This document shows positions 1 through 13,300 of a stretch of DNA of 64,000 bases, piece by piece. The position numbers were made by a program, and so were the translations under genes. The notes under the pieces were generated by a model. That model was not told the origin of the DNA. It saw only the letters and a program-made list of their open reading frames with translations, and ran no database searches. Position 1 is the stretch's first letter, and each line of letters begins with the position of its first letter. The stretch covers positions 33,914,001 to 33,978,000 of the forward strand of contig JBHGNT010000001.1 in NCBI GenBank assembly GCA_043228905.1. The letters run 5' to 3'. The stretch is from Azolla caroliniana (Eukaryota > Plantae > Polypodiophyta).

Positions 1-3000
1 GCACACACACTCTATCTTTTTCTAGAATCATCACCACCTCGAAGGTTGGGCACATGTATCCATGCTTTATATTTCTCATAGAGATTTCTTATTGCATAGC
101 AACAATCCCCCTTCTTAGGAAGAGGACACATACAAATTACTCGTGGACGATAAAATTTTTAATTCTCATACTAGTTTCTAGCTAACATGAACATGGTGTG
201 CACTTGTTGATGCATGCAACTTCCCATATCATTGATTTCTCTATTTTGACAGATGATTTTGGTTCGCATGCATGTTTTACATTTTGTGGAGGAAGACGAG
301 TCACATAGGCCTAGTCTACAAGGAGACAAAGAAAATGCCCTTTTATGTTGCAATATCCCCTCATATATCCTTGATGTTAATACAAATGCAACAATCGTGT
401 TACAATCTCAACCTAGTAGTGTGACACATAATAATTTGATTACTTCCACTCGATTGCCTTGGGTTCCCACGTTGTGAAGGTTGTCAAATGTCATCTAACT
501 TTTTTGCTCACGTGAACGTACACTTCACATGTAATTGCCGAAGTAATAGTTTTATTCAAGGTGCCCTTGTACAATGAAAATAGTACCAACTAAAGGTTAA
601 TGTCTGTAAGTACATAAGTGGAGCGAGGTTACAAGAAATACAAAGCTATTAGTACGATGGCAATCTAGTATATGACAATACTTACAAAGTCACTAAAATT
701 TCGAAAAAATGATAAAAAAAACTTTGCCTCAAGTAACTCATGCACTTGGGTTCAAATCTCAATAACCATACTACTTAGGTAAGCATCACTTTTGATAGGT
801 TGAACTTCAAGGGAAATAATAAAATCCATGTCTTTTCTTATAAGATGCATATATTAATCGTGATATTATGTTTTTGATAACCCATGCGCTCTCACTAGCC
901 ATTGTGCTCTACAAAACTACAACTGGGTTTATAAGATTTGAGAGTGTATGACCACAATGGCCAGTATTGAAAAACTTATGTTCGTATTATATATTTATGT
1001 GCTCCAATTCATACATGCATATAGTATATACATATGAAAACAATATATACAAATATGTATACATGGATGCTTAATTAGTTTATCGCTTTAGCTATTCTCC
1101 TCAATACAATCTCGTCATGAGATTCAAGAATGTGCAAAAGCTAAACTGGAATTTTAATGTCTCTAATGAATATTCGTGAGAAGTTAGGCAAAAAGTTTCA
1201 TAATTTCATTTTTTATGTGTCACAAAAGGAAATGACAAAATTGGATATAACCCTTGACAAAAGAAGGCCTTCGGAAATTCTGTGCTCCAATGAAATGTAA
1301 ATACCTTTTACTTAGGTCTTGATCCACACCATTGAATGGACATGCCTAAAGAGACTATATGTTGGTAACTTGGTAGTACATATTCTAATAGAAATTGTCG
1401 AACAAACTCCATTTGTGTTCATATTCTACATTTGCATTTTGTTTGTCAATTGAGAGGGCCATAAGTGTCTTCTTGTGGTTTTACCTTTCGGAGTCTCTCA
1501 CATTTGATATTTTTTTGGTCTTTGATATTTTCTTAGTACATCAGCAAAATTATGTGTATTAGGACATTTGCCAAATGTTGTGGTATTAGGGAGTACATCT
1601 TCTCACAAGCATTGGTTCTATGTTTTGTTATTTGTTTATTGTGTGGTTTTTAAATCAATCATAAATCAAGCCTTCAAACAATGTTTTATGTCTTAGATGA
1701 CTCTTGTTATATATGCAAGCCTTGTTGGGTTAATTGTGTTCATGAAATTTAAACCTTAACATTTGTGTTTGTCTCTACTCTACATAATGGATCTAATGTT
1801 GAGAAAAGTAAGGTTTCAGTTCATTATTTATTAAAATAAACAAATGCCTACTTGCCTAATTGTTATTTGAAAGGTTTTAATTAATAACATATTTTGAATC
1901 TTGTGTTGAGTTAAGACTCAAGAGTTGTGTATCTTCATAGCTAGAAGATTGAAAATAATGAGAGTAAAAAGTGAGGACAAGATTGAACACTCAAAGTATG
2001 GCAAATGTTGTCTCGCTTATGGTATCATATGAGCTCTTATTTATAGCTTGAGCAAATTAATTAATTTATTCCAAGGATAACTCCCAAAAAACTAGAATGT
2101 TGTAAAAATGGATTCACGACATTGATAGTGACACATTTTCTATGATACTCTTTTTAAAAATGGCTTTATGACATTGATGTGGACATATTTTCTGCACTAC
2201 AAAGGCACTGCTATAAAACATTATATTAAAACCATGCCTTGAGACTGAAAGCTCACAACCTTAATGTTGCATACCACAAGAGTTACTATTGCATCATATA
2301 TAATACTTTTAAATTGTCATCGTGTGAGTTTGTAAGCAATAACTTCCTGGGATTTCTAAAGTCTCTTACACGATGTACAAATGTAATGCTTTCACATTGT
2401 TTTGGAGCACCTAATGTCTCCTTTTCTAATTGGTTATTGTCTTCTCCTTCTTCATATAATACTACTTTTGGACATTTTTGTGTTTGAACATGCAATAATG
2501 CAAAGTAGAAGACAACTTATTCTAATTCGCTTTAAAAATAAAAGTTACTAATTCCCCTTTTGAAAACGCAAGGCACTTCATCTCAATTTATTTACTTTGC
2601 CTTTACTTTAGAGATGTCATTACTTATTCTCCATATTGAATACTTATATTTTCATTTTACTTAACTCGACCTTCCTATCTTAGCAAACACGTATCGTCAA
2701 GTTTGAAAGCAACCGGATTATTAGTATTTGTACATATACTCTAGTAGTTACGCATACACACATTTATAAAGTATGAGCTACTGTCACTCATATTGCCATT
2801 TATCTTTAGAGTTGTGCTATCCAATTATATGAAACGAACATGCCAATGCATTATATTTTCTTTGTTTAAAATTTGACACCCATTTGATGTAGTGTCATTT
2901 CAACGTTTGTCATTGCTTTTGTACTTTTCTTCGCGCTCAACCCCCAAACAAAAACATATACACCCACTTTGTTACAATTTGTTTTGCCATCCAAACTTGT

Positions 3001-3560
3001 CTCTATTTTCATTTAAAAAGTTATTGTGAATTTGCCTTAGTAAAATATATGTTAGTGAAGTGAAGCTTCAATAAACACCATTAATATAACTACTTTATAA
3101 TTTTGTCCATTCTTGACTACTCGTAAAAGAACTCATCTACCATGGATTCTTCACCATAAGCATTCCATTTTTTTACCTTGCTTTTCTCGCAATCATAATC
3201 CAAAATTTCTCTTCCACGGGGTAATATGGTGAAACTAAGCGAGAAGTAATATATTGGTGAAGTGGAATTCCAATAAGACATTAAGTGTAAAAGCACAATG
3301 GGAAACCATTGCATTAATACATCTATAAAACTCAATGACCATCCATACCTTAAAACTTTAACAATATTAAGGACATCTAATCCATCCAACATGGCCTAAG
3401 CACAACCAACTAGGTTCCCTTGTACAAGTGGTGCACAATGTCGATGAAAGGTTGGGCACCACTCGATGTGATCCAAGGGCATTCAACCTCACTTTGATGC
3501 TAGTTGAGACATATGACATCTCCCTGACTTGACTTTTCTTTTCATTCCCGCCAACCAAGG
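1..3560 (-). mobile_element. Highly degraded CACTA/En-Spm-like transposase (TnpD) remnant
   Basis: Broken minus-strand peptides resemble, in plausible order, TnpD motifs: 'VLRYGWSLSFIDVL' (~3330; cf. KYGWSDxSF), 'CPKVVLYE' (~2460; cf. CPNDCILY), 'LGMS..GVD' (~1340; cf. LGLxxDG) and 'KHGYMCPT' (~50; cf. KGYxACP). Many stops and frameshifts; recognised by eye only. Confidence 0.4.
1926..2278 (-). mobile_element. Solo LTR (353 bp) with 5-bp TSD
   Basis: Begins TGTGTAT and ends ATACCACA (imperfect inverted termini, TG...CA). Flanked by AGAGT at 1921-1925 and 2279-2283. TATA-like CTATAAATAAGAG on the minus strand near 2040. Confidence 0.65.
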
Positions 3561-5352
3561 AACCTAATGAGCCCTAATGTGAAACATTTGCCAAAAGGAA
3601 AGTGCTAGAGATATAAACGATGGAGTTTTAATAGAAAGGCATGAGAGAGAGTACATAAGAGTGGTAGGTAGAAACATGATCATATCTCATTCAATTGTTA
3701 TGTGTCTCACTCAATTCTTTGGGTAAAAAAGTTCATAGTAGTGAACAACATTAATATAAAAGTGCATTGAAACCACTACAATGAAGAAATAATAACATCT
3801 TGTTCATACAACATAATTAGAGATGATACATGTTTTGCACTTTAAAGTCATTTATCTTTCTAGGGCTATTCTTAGACCACAAAGAATGATGAGGAATGTA
3901 GCCAATATGAATGGGCCATAAATAAAAGAACTCCTTGATATCTTGAGAAAGCGTAAAGTACATGTTGTTCATGTGGTTTCCACACCTTCCAATTGTACTG
4001 GCATAGACATCAACATCCAATTGACAAGTTTGGTACAAGCAAAAGGGGATAAAAGATAAGAAAACCAAGGAGTTAGGACTTAGTACTCACTTAGCTTTGC
4101 AAATGGTGCAAGGGCAAGGTAAAAAAAATTCACTTTTAGCTTTTTTTTCATGTTGCTTCTTGATCTCCTTGTTCTACAGTTGGAGCTTAATCTCTTAAAC
4201 TTTGTCTCTAAATGTCGAAGCCTAATACTCTCCAACTAAGTGTTCAAGTCCTAAGTACTCAATCTTAGTACTTAAACCCCTTGTATGAAGTTTATTGCTT
4301 TGATACTAATTCAATGTGAGACTTTTCCTACATGTATTTTTGTTAATCATTTAGCTTTATTTAACTTGACATGATTAAATAAATTAAGTAAGATAAATGT
4401 GTCTTGATAATTGGTGACTATAAGGATCTTTAAATGAAGCCCACTTGGGTGATTAGAACTAGCATTCACAAATTTGTCAATTTGGACACATACTTGCGTT
4501 CGTTGCCAATATTAAGGTAGACATTGGTCCAAATGGCACTCTTGAGAATGATTGAATAGGACAAACAACTTCCACGATCAATTGAGGCACATGATCCTAG
4601 CATGGGTTGCATAGTGTGGTCCGAACAGATAGTTGTTTATGCTAACCGTTGCTATCCCAATCGATTTATATGCACTCATAAAACTTTGCCACTGTTTAGG
4701 AACAATATCAATTCATCACATAACCAATAACAAATTTATTGTCTCTTTGGTTGTAATGAAATGGACTTTCTTGGTATGAACATTTGCCCTTTGAGAGAGA
4801 GAGAGGGAGAGGGAGATTTATTATCTTCCTTTGGTAGCTGATAACATGACCCATGGGACCAAAAATGCTCTTTTAAATTGGAATGTAGAATATTGTGGGT
4901 CATGCCTTCATATGTCAATTCTATATAGCATAAATATGAGCCTATGGGGAAGGGGTACCATCAAGAAGTTGTCCAATGTTGCGGCATTGGGTAATCAAAG
5001 TTGAGAACTATTGTGACATGGTCATATATGTTTCACATCATATCTTGACATGCTCCTTGTCCTCAAGTTTATTTTTCTTGTGTGTACAATAGTTTTGTAA
5101 TTTGTTATTTGTGATATCCTCAATCCTCCAAAGGTAGCTCAAGGCATGATTATATGTTTATAATGAGCACGTCGTCTATGAGTACCTTGAGCATAGTGTC
5201 CATATGCCATCTCTTAAGCAAATCTTTTATGTGTTCGATCAACTATAAGAGTTAATGTTACTCTTGTTTGTCTTTTGAGTTAGTTATAGGTGATATGCCT
5301 CAATGTTCTTCACTTTTGGACATTTTTTTATGGACAAGTTGGTAGTGTAGAT

Positions 5353-5353
<1 letters not shown>

Positions 5354-5422
<69 letters not shown>
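5354..5422. repeat. (CT)n microsatellite
   Basis: Pure CT run; a second short run lies at ~5586-5610. Confidence 0.95.
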
Positions 5423-5427
<5 letters not shown>

Positions 5428-5438
5428 ATTATTGTATC

Positions 5439-5588
5439 AATTAGCTTACCCTAGTGGTAAGTCGTTTACACTACTTAGGCACTACGGCTGGGGTTATAAC
5501 CCAACTTTCTCACCTCTCTATTACACCATATATATCTCTTATTTCACTAGATGCCACTATGGAATGTAGGGGTTGAACACATGACCTC
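5439..5588 (+). mobile_element. Short dispersed repeat with tRNA-like head (SINE-like), copy A
   Basis: AATTAGCTTACCCTAGTGGTAAG...GGGTTATAACCC...CCACTATGGAATGTAG aligns to the reverse complement of 9894-10038. Confidence 0.55.
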
Positions 5589-6252
5589 TCTCTCTCTCTC
5601 TCTCTCTCTCATTCATTCATTCATTCATTAGTAAGATCCTCGAACATAAAGGGTTAGTATGAAGTTCTATATATATTGAGTGAAATTTATGAAGGTCAAA
5701 TAAAATGCAGAATCTTTGGTGAATGAATAATCTCAACATTTTCACCAAGAGGAATTTTTTTCTATAGAAGATCATTGTTTAACATAAACGAATAAACAAA
5801 TTTTGATGGGGATATATGCGAATTTGAGTTATGCAAGGTAGAGAAGTCTTGAGGGGAACTTAATCCCCAAGTAAAAATTTGATATAATTGATTGACTATA
5901 TGGATATACTTTATTTTTGGTATTCATAATGATATTTGATGTCGAATGATGATTTTGAATAGTGTCATAACATTTCTTGAGCATTAACACAAATAAATGT
6001 AACTGACTATTTATTTCTATAGACTATCTTTGTATTTGTAATAATATTTGAAGCTTGACAATGATTTGAATAGTAATAACTATGTAGAAAGACAATGGAT
6101 CATAAATCACAATTGCTTGTTGTAGCTCTTTCACATGGTAACCTCTTCTTATTGTTCCCTCCAAATGTAGCCTAGAACCATAACAAAGTAGTGGCTACAT
6201 AGAGTTAATTTCTTCACAAATAGACATATACCTGAAGTAGAATTCCATACGA

Positions 6253-7260
6253 TATATATATATATTTATTTATTTATTTATTTATTTATTTATAATTTTT
6301 TCCAAAAAAAACCTCCTTCCATTAGTTATAAAATTTTACAAATGAGACGATTATGTACAAATCCCTGTAAGGACGGGATAGTTCCATCTTATGTGGATGC
6401 CCACTGACTCAAGAAAAGGAGAGGACGACCATTGTTGGATGAAGGCTATTCCTTGTCGTTCAAATCCATTAGAGCTGCCCTTTCATATTGGCTCTTTAGA
6501 GTGGCTATAATTTCACTCTTGTAGTAACCTTGTTGGATGCGGGATTTGGTTGGAGAAGACCCGTCTACATCGTTGTTTCCATAGAATCCAAAGAGTTATT
6601 GGGCTGACCAATTCCAACACAGCTTGAGATTTGTCATAAGAGGAGTTGAGTGGATATTGCCGCTGGTGGAGAAAAAAACCTCTTGTGCTTTTATCACCAA
6701 AGTCATCCCCTCCTCTTGATGCTCGTATATGCCAACTAGGGTCTGCCATGATAGCCAACATATATTTCCCCACTTGATGGAGCCTTGCACTTGGCATAAT
6801 TGTAACAAGCGGTCAACCCCTCGTCATATTCGATGGGACATTAGGCAGTCCCACAGAGCGTGTCGTATTGATTGTACTGCATTTGGGCACTCTACACAAT
6901 TAGGAGAGCTAAGGTTCCCACGTTGCCATGCTCCCATCGGTAGGGACTTATGTATTAATAGTCATTGGAACGTGGTAATTCGCCCTGTGTGTTGTTGTTT
7001 CCAGATTTTCTGCCAAAACTTGGTAATAATTGTGGGAGGAACTTGAAATGTGCGCCTGACCTTCGCAGCAGCCGGCTCTCGGGCGGTTTGAGTAGCTAGA
7101 ATGTGGCGACCCAATCTCGTTGTGAATTAGAAGAAAGGCACGTGTTTGCTTCTTTGCCCTGCGTAAGGATCTTGCCATGTCCATTGCAAAGGGTCCCAAC
7201 TGACCTTACGTAGCCATATGTTTTCATGAGTACATATGTGCCAATCGGGTTGTACTTTAA
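6253..7260 (-). mobile_element. 5'-truncated L1-type LINE, 3' end of ORF2 (zf-RVT and C-terminus) with (TAAA)n tail
   Basis: Minus-strand fragments include 'ITLWILWKQRCRRVFSNQ' and a C-terminal 'RWNYP'. A (TTTA)n/(TA)n tract at 6253-6300 reads as an A-rich tail on the minus strand. Confidence 0.75.
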
Positions 7261-8249
7261 GCGGATCAAGATCTACAATCCATTTATGACATTATGGATG
7301 TGTGTTGAATCTATGCATCAATATATGACATGTAAACATACATATATTATAGATTACACCTAAGTAGATCAAACAAAAGCATGCACAATACATATACACA
7401 AGTCAATATGTCATCCTTTTTTAAGAAAATTTTACATTACTACTTGGATATCTTCAATAGGACGAAACCCCACCATGGAAGTCCAATGATGAAGGTGGTG
7501 CTTTAATGAAACCTTGCAATGAAGTAAACAAGAAAATGTAAAAGTAAACATGGAAACTCCAAATAAATGCAACTTGCTTTGTAGAGCCATTCATTAAGGT
7601 AAAGATAAAAGCTCGTTGCAAAGGTTTTTAACGAGAGCTAATAATTGGTCATATGGTAAATATGGACCATGATCACATGTTAAGAACACGAGGGCTAATA
7701 ATTGGTAATTTGGCATGTGTGAACTACAATCACATGTTAATGTAACATTCCCTTATCTCCATTGGTGGTACAAAACGGAAAGTACTAGGGATTCCTTGAC
7801 GAAAGTCTTTGGTACAATTGGCAAAAGATATGTTTCAATGTTCACATGCATTTCGTAGCTTGATCATCATGTGATGAATCCATGTTGTGTAACCGAAAGA
7901 TATGGACACAAAACTCATTATACCAACAACTCGTACATGGAGACTTGCCACTTAACATGCCTAAATCAATTTCATGTTTCAAAAATCATAACCGCATGCA
8001 TGTTTACGTTTGACTGTCTTGCAAATTATGCTCATGAATACAAATCTATTTTGAGTTTTGTTTTTTCATTTTAATCGGCGTAGAGGGTTGTAAGACCTCT
8101 CGAAATGAGTACAAATTGTCAAGTCTCTATATCCTTTATTCTGTAAAATTTATCACCATAGTTTAAAGACTTATTGTCCGGTCTAAAAAGGCACACCCCT
8201 TGTGCATATTGGCTTTCTATAAAAACTATAAAATAATATATTCTTTCTT

Positions 8250-9400
8250 ATCAGTAAGAAATATTGTATAGATACATGAACAATTTGTAGTCCCTTTCGT
8301 GACTCGGTGCAATTATTGCTTGAATTTTTGGTATGCTCATGATGAAAGTTTCCATATTGTCTAGTACATTTACTTGCATGCCTGAATTCAATGTTTTAAA
8401 ACTCTCCAATAAATGACTTGGACATTTTAACCAAAACAATTCATGGAGTTTTTTAGCTTCCAACCTTACATCCTATATCACAATATGTAGATGTTCTAGG
8501 AAACCAATTGGAATTTCACGCAAAGTTTAATTAACAACTGATTAGAGTATAAATGATCAATAATAAGTTGTGATTTCTATGTGCGCGATGAATTTATTAT
8601 TCTTTGTAATGATATAAGAATCTAAAGTTGTATAAATACAATATGTCAACAATCGATATAATTTTGAATTTTGAATTGTTGCAAATCCACATGAACCAAA
8701 TATTTTTCCATTGTATATATATTTGTATGTGGTAAGCTTAATGTCACGGCTCACATCTACCATGAATAGGCATTTCTATAAAACAAGAAACTTGATGTAC
8801 AATAATATCCACACCTTATCGAAAACCAATACAAGTTTTGATTCTAACACCTACTGGTGACTTATAACTTTTTTTTTTCATAAAAAACTATTCTCCATTG
8901 GTATTAAAATTAAAGTGGGCAATATACAAGATAATCCAATATTACAAAAAATATTGTATAGCCATGTCGAATGACTATAGCCAATCTTTCTAGGTAAAGA
9001 TAAATAATCTTTGTAGCCAATCTTATTCATGTTCGGCATATCCAAGAAAAATGTTCATTCAGCAAACCAGTTCTTTCAATCTCAACAGACATCTCACGTT
9101 TCTTCATAATCTCCTTGCATTGTCAGTGTCTTTGCACTTGCAATACATGTTTATAAGAGCATTGCTGACAAAAGACATTCAAGTCATATCCACTTGCAAC
9201 TGGTGACTTATAACTTATAACACTATACTAGAGCATCTATGTCTTCCTTTGGTTCTAAGAAAACAAAGCAGGCATTAACATCAATCCCATGTGAAAAAAA
9301 CCAAATACATGACAACAACGATAGGATATCTAAATATGATGTCATTCATTCCACATCAAGCATAAACGATTTAACCATTACTGGGATGATGTGAAAAAGC
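8250..9400 (-). mobile_element. Possible degraded hAT transposase remnant
   Basis: Fragments 'KLTTYKYIYN...GFATIQ' and 'ELFWLKC..LLESFKTL..VLD' loosely resemble plant hAT motifs (KxTxFIYN..TRFAT; FWxxxxxxLKxFxPL). Weak. Confidence 0.3.
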
Positions 9401-9893
9401 CCAAAATAGTTGATTAGTATTTGGCATGCACTCGATATGTATTTGGCTTGGATGAGGTAGACTATGCTTTGCACTTGCCCAATGAACCCTGTCTTTCTCC
9501 ATTGTGCTACGGGGACAAGGAGTTTGGGGGGAAGGGGGGTTGGCTTTGATGGTCGATTTTGATTAGAGGGAGAGGCAAATGCGAAGGGAACGAAAGAACT
9601 ATAGACTCAAGACTCATCGTGGCCGCAAAATGCACATGACCGATCCCAACATTGTTACAACACCAGATCATTTTGTGCCATGTCAGGCATCCTTAGAGTA
9701 GGCCAACAATAGAAGTTGTGCACCCAATCGGTTTGGCAAAACGAATTAGCACCCGGGGAAGATGGAATTGTCATCTGACTAACGGACCAATCAAAGAGCC
9801 TTCCCCAAAGAAACAAAAACAACTAAGGACACGATCTCTCCTCGGGTGTGCATAGTAAGATGGATATAACTCAATTGGTAAGGTTGCCCAATG

Positions 9894-10137
9894 GAGACCA
9901 TGACCCACTACATTCCACAGTGGAGTCGAGTAAATTAAGAGGATACATGGAGTTATAGCAAGGTAAGGATAATTGGGTCTTGAACCCAAGACATAAAGCG
10001 CCAGCAATCTAGCAACTTAACACTAGGGTAGACTAATTACAATTACAATTTTGCATATACATAAAGGATAAGGATAATTCGGTTTCGAACCCAGCGCTAG
10101 TGATCTAGCAACTTACCACTACTAGGGTAGACTAATT
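9894..10137 (-). mobile_element. SINE-like repeat copy B plus tandem duplicated head, directly upstream of the SDR gene
   Basis: 9894-10038 matches copy A in reverse orientation. 10069-10137 repeats the head (minus strand TAGTGGTAAG...GGGTTCGAAACC, A-box/B-box-like). Confidence 0.55.
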
Positions 10138-10268
10138 ATAATGTATACAGTGTTTATTATTATTCTGCAGATTGCAACCATTTTGTACCACAAATTTAAA
10201 TTTTCATACTCCGCTTCTGCTTCTGCTTCTCCTCGCAGCGCGGATCAGATCGAGCGACGGCGACGGAG

Positions 10269-10368
10269 ATGGTTGATCAGCGATCTCCTCTCAGAATTCT
10301 TGTGGTGGGATGCAGCAGCGGCGTCGGCTTGCAGGTTCAGAACCTTTCATTCTCACCTCTTTTTTGTC

Positions 10369-10399
<31 letters not shown>

Positions 10400-13300
10400 G
10401 TTCTTCCCTTCTTGGAATGAATCAATTAATCCTTCTCTACTGCGATGGCAAGGGTTTTCAACCTTTTTCGATGCATTGAATCTATGCATTTATTTTACAG
10501 CTTTTGTAACGGATTTTTAGGTCATTTGACCTTAGGTTCAGAAGCGTGCTTTCTTTCCTTACTTCTCTGATTCTGGTCTAGAAATTTTTGGCTGCAGCAG
10601 TTAGAGCGTGCTTCTGGTCTGGTGCATTTTAATCTCTTTATTATTTCCCTCGAATCAGAGCTTTTGTTTCGATAAGAATATGTGTAAATTTCTCTTGTAC
10701 CGATCTTCTCCAGTTGCCATACTGTCTTATGTTTTTTTAAAGTCTTTTCTGTAGAATTTATTTATTCTTCTCCGCTTGCCATCACCTCATTCGATTTTAA
10801 TTTCTTTGAAGATTTGTATAATTGTTATTAAACCCCTCCTCACAAAAGGTGACCTTTTACTTGGGAATAAGGGATTTTATATTGGAATCTTTTTGTATTG
10901 ATCTTGTCAATTTGAACTTGTAATTTTGCTTAGAAAAGAAAATATTAACGCAAGAAAGCAAGAACTCTTATCTTTATCAGCTATGGTGACAGTCAACTAT
11001 GGAAACGTAAATTGTTTTGAGATGGAAATCTAATAAAGGATCAAAGACTTATGGTTACTGTATGCAAACTGATGAGTTTACTGTTATATTTGAAGTAAGT
11101 GATTATATTTGACCAGTCTTCATATATATGGCATACAGAAAACAACAGTTTATGTGCAAGAAATGCTTTTTAAGTTCAGGTTAAAAGTGCAGTTATAGAA
11201 ACTAAAGTCTTGTCATCTCAAGATTGTCTATGGTTAAAATCTGGTTCTAGACTCAGGGAATGATTGATGACCGGCTATGATGGAGGTGAATGTGTTAATT
11301 AACAGTAACATTAAACATGAACTCTTCTAAGCAAAGCTCGTGCCAAAATTCATTATGTCTTTTCAAAAGGTTTTGCTGCTGTCTGCATTACTCTCAGAGA
11401 ATGCTGCATGATCAGCTACTCTTTACAATGTATTGATTCAAACTTATGTATTGTTTCATGAAAATTTAAGTTTTTCCATTTAAATATTGCTGAAATTATA
11501 GTTTTGGGACAATCTTCTTTATTGCTAGTAAACAATTGATGATCACCTACACTTTCCATGTTGCCAAACTAAGTTTTAGCCATAGTTTATGGAGACTTCA
11601 TATAGAAGATTGTGAAATTTATGACTGTCTTCTTAAATGTCTGCAAATGATTGATGGATAACTACTGTTGATGCACTAGAATATCATGAGAAGCTGATGG
11701 TTGAAGCTCTGCTAATCAGATTAGACAGACACTTCTGAACAGAGTTTCTCACATAGTTTATGAAACTATCAAGTCTTTTCAGCTCAAAGATTGTTTAAAT
11801 TAGAAATTTTAGAGTTAGACTTGATAGTTGTGAAGGTAAATAGTGACTTGATTCTGAATATTTCCTAATATTTCTTCAGGTCACAAAACAACTTTTGAAA
11901 AGAAATGATCTATTTGACATTAGCGCGCTAGTCAGAAATCAAGAAAAAGCCACAAACGCCATTGGTATGTTTCAGATACCTGTCCCTCAGAAAGTTGTAT
12001 AATTGTTTTCGCATGGAAATTTACCTTTTATGTGCTGGAGATAAAACTTGAAGAAAGGTCAAGAATGCCATTGTTATGTGTCAGATATCTCTCTCAGAAT
12101 GTGGTATATTGCTTTTTTCAATGGAAAAGTTCATTTTATATGCTAAAGATGACAAGGTATAGAAAGTCCCTTGAGCTATCTGTCTCTCAGAAATTACCTA
12201 TTTCTTCTTATGTGCAAAAATAACCTTTTACATGCTAAAAACGTACAAGATCACGAGAGTGGAAGATTGCCAATCCTATGTTTCACATGTCTGCCTTCCA
12301 AAAAGTACTCTATTGCTTTTTCTACACAGAAATTTTACTGGGTAGGATGTATAAGACAGAAATTCTTGCTGGTTAGCAGTATTATCCTCCCACATAAATT
12401 TTCTGATATTCCAGGTGAGGAAGCAAGCAAAATAAAGTTTATTAAGGGGGATGTTACGAAGAAAGAAACCTTGGAACCAGCTTGCAACAATGTAGATGCA
12501 GTCATATGCTCGGTCGGAGCAACAGTAGGGTGGCGGCTACCAGGGTCTTTAGCCAATACACCCAGAAATGTGGATTACTTAGGAGTGAAAAACCTAAGTG
12601 AGGCTGCAGCCTCTGCCAAAGTAAGGCAAATTTATATGTAACTACAATAATTTATGAGCAAGTAGATTATTGGAAATTATATTGAAAAACCGTAACTATT
12701 TTTATTAGCTAATTTACAATAATTTCAAATTAATTAGTAATTCATAATATTTATTTGTTGTGCTATATTCCTGTCAATTATCATTGATATATATGATATC
12801 TCTTAAATTCTCAACATAGGATTAAAATGTTTTATTCCACTGTACAGGTCCCAAAATTTGTCCTTTTATCATCCCTTGCTGTGACTCGTCCTTGGGCTCC
12901 TATTGCACTTCTTTTAAACACAGCATTTGGATTTGTCTTGCAGTGGAAACTAAAGGTAAATCTCAATTTCATGTTTGAAAATATGTCAACGTTTTTTTTT
13001 TCAATATAACAAGGTTAATATGTGATGCATTGTAAGACACTTGGTACAATAGAAAGCATCAATGATAGTATCTCTTCATATATATGCAACGCAAGTTGGC
13101 CTTTCATTGTTATTCTGTAAAAAACATACATCTTAAGGAATTTAAAGGGTGCATCTTATGGAAGCTTGAAATCTAGGAAGTGATAGTTTTCTATTGGTTT
13201 GCATTGTTCAGTGTGCTGTATAGTGAAGGGCAAGTTGCACATTTATTTTTCTTAATCAAAGGTCATATAATTTGTAGGCAATAGTAAGTGTTACCAAGGA

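Noticed and set aside
3700-4320. LTR element 5' region (PBS-like GCTTTGATACT at ~4297; 'CPCTICK')
   Set aside because: Too degenerate to tell a gag knuckle from a CACTA-associated CPC motif.
10141-10479. 112-aa ORF with poly-His
   Set aside because: Alternative frame over SDR exon 1 and an intronic (CAT)n microsatellite.
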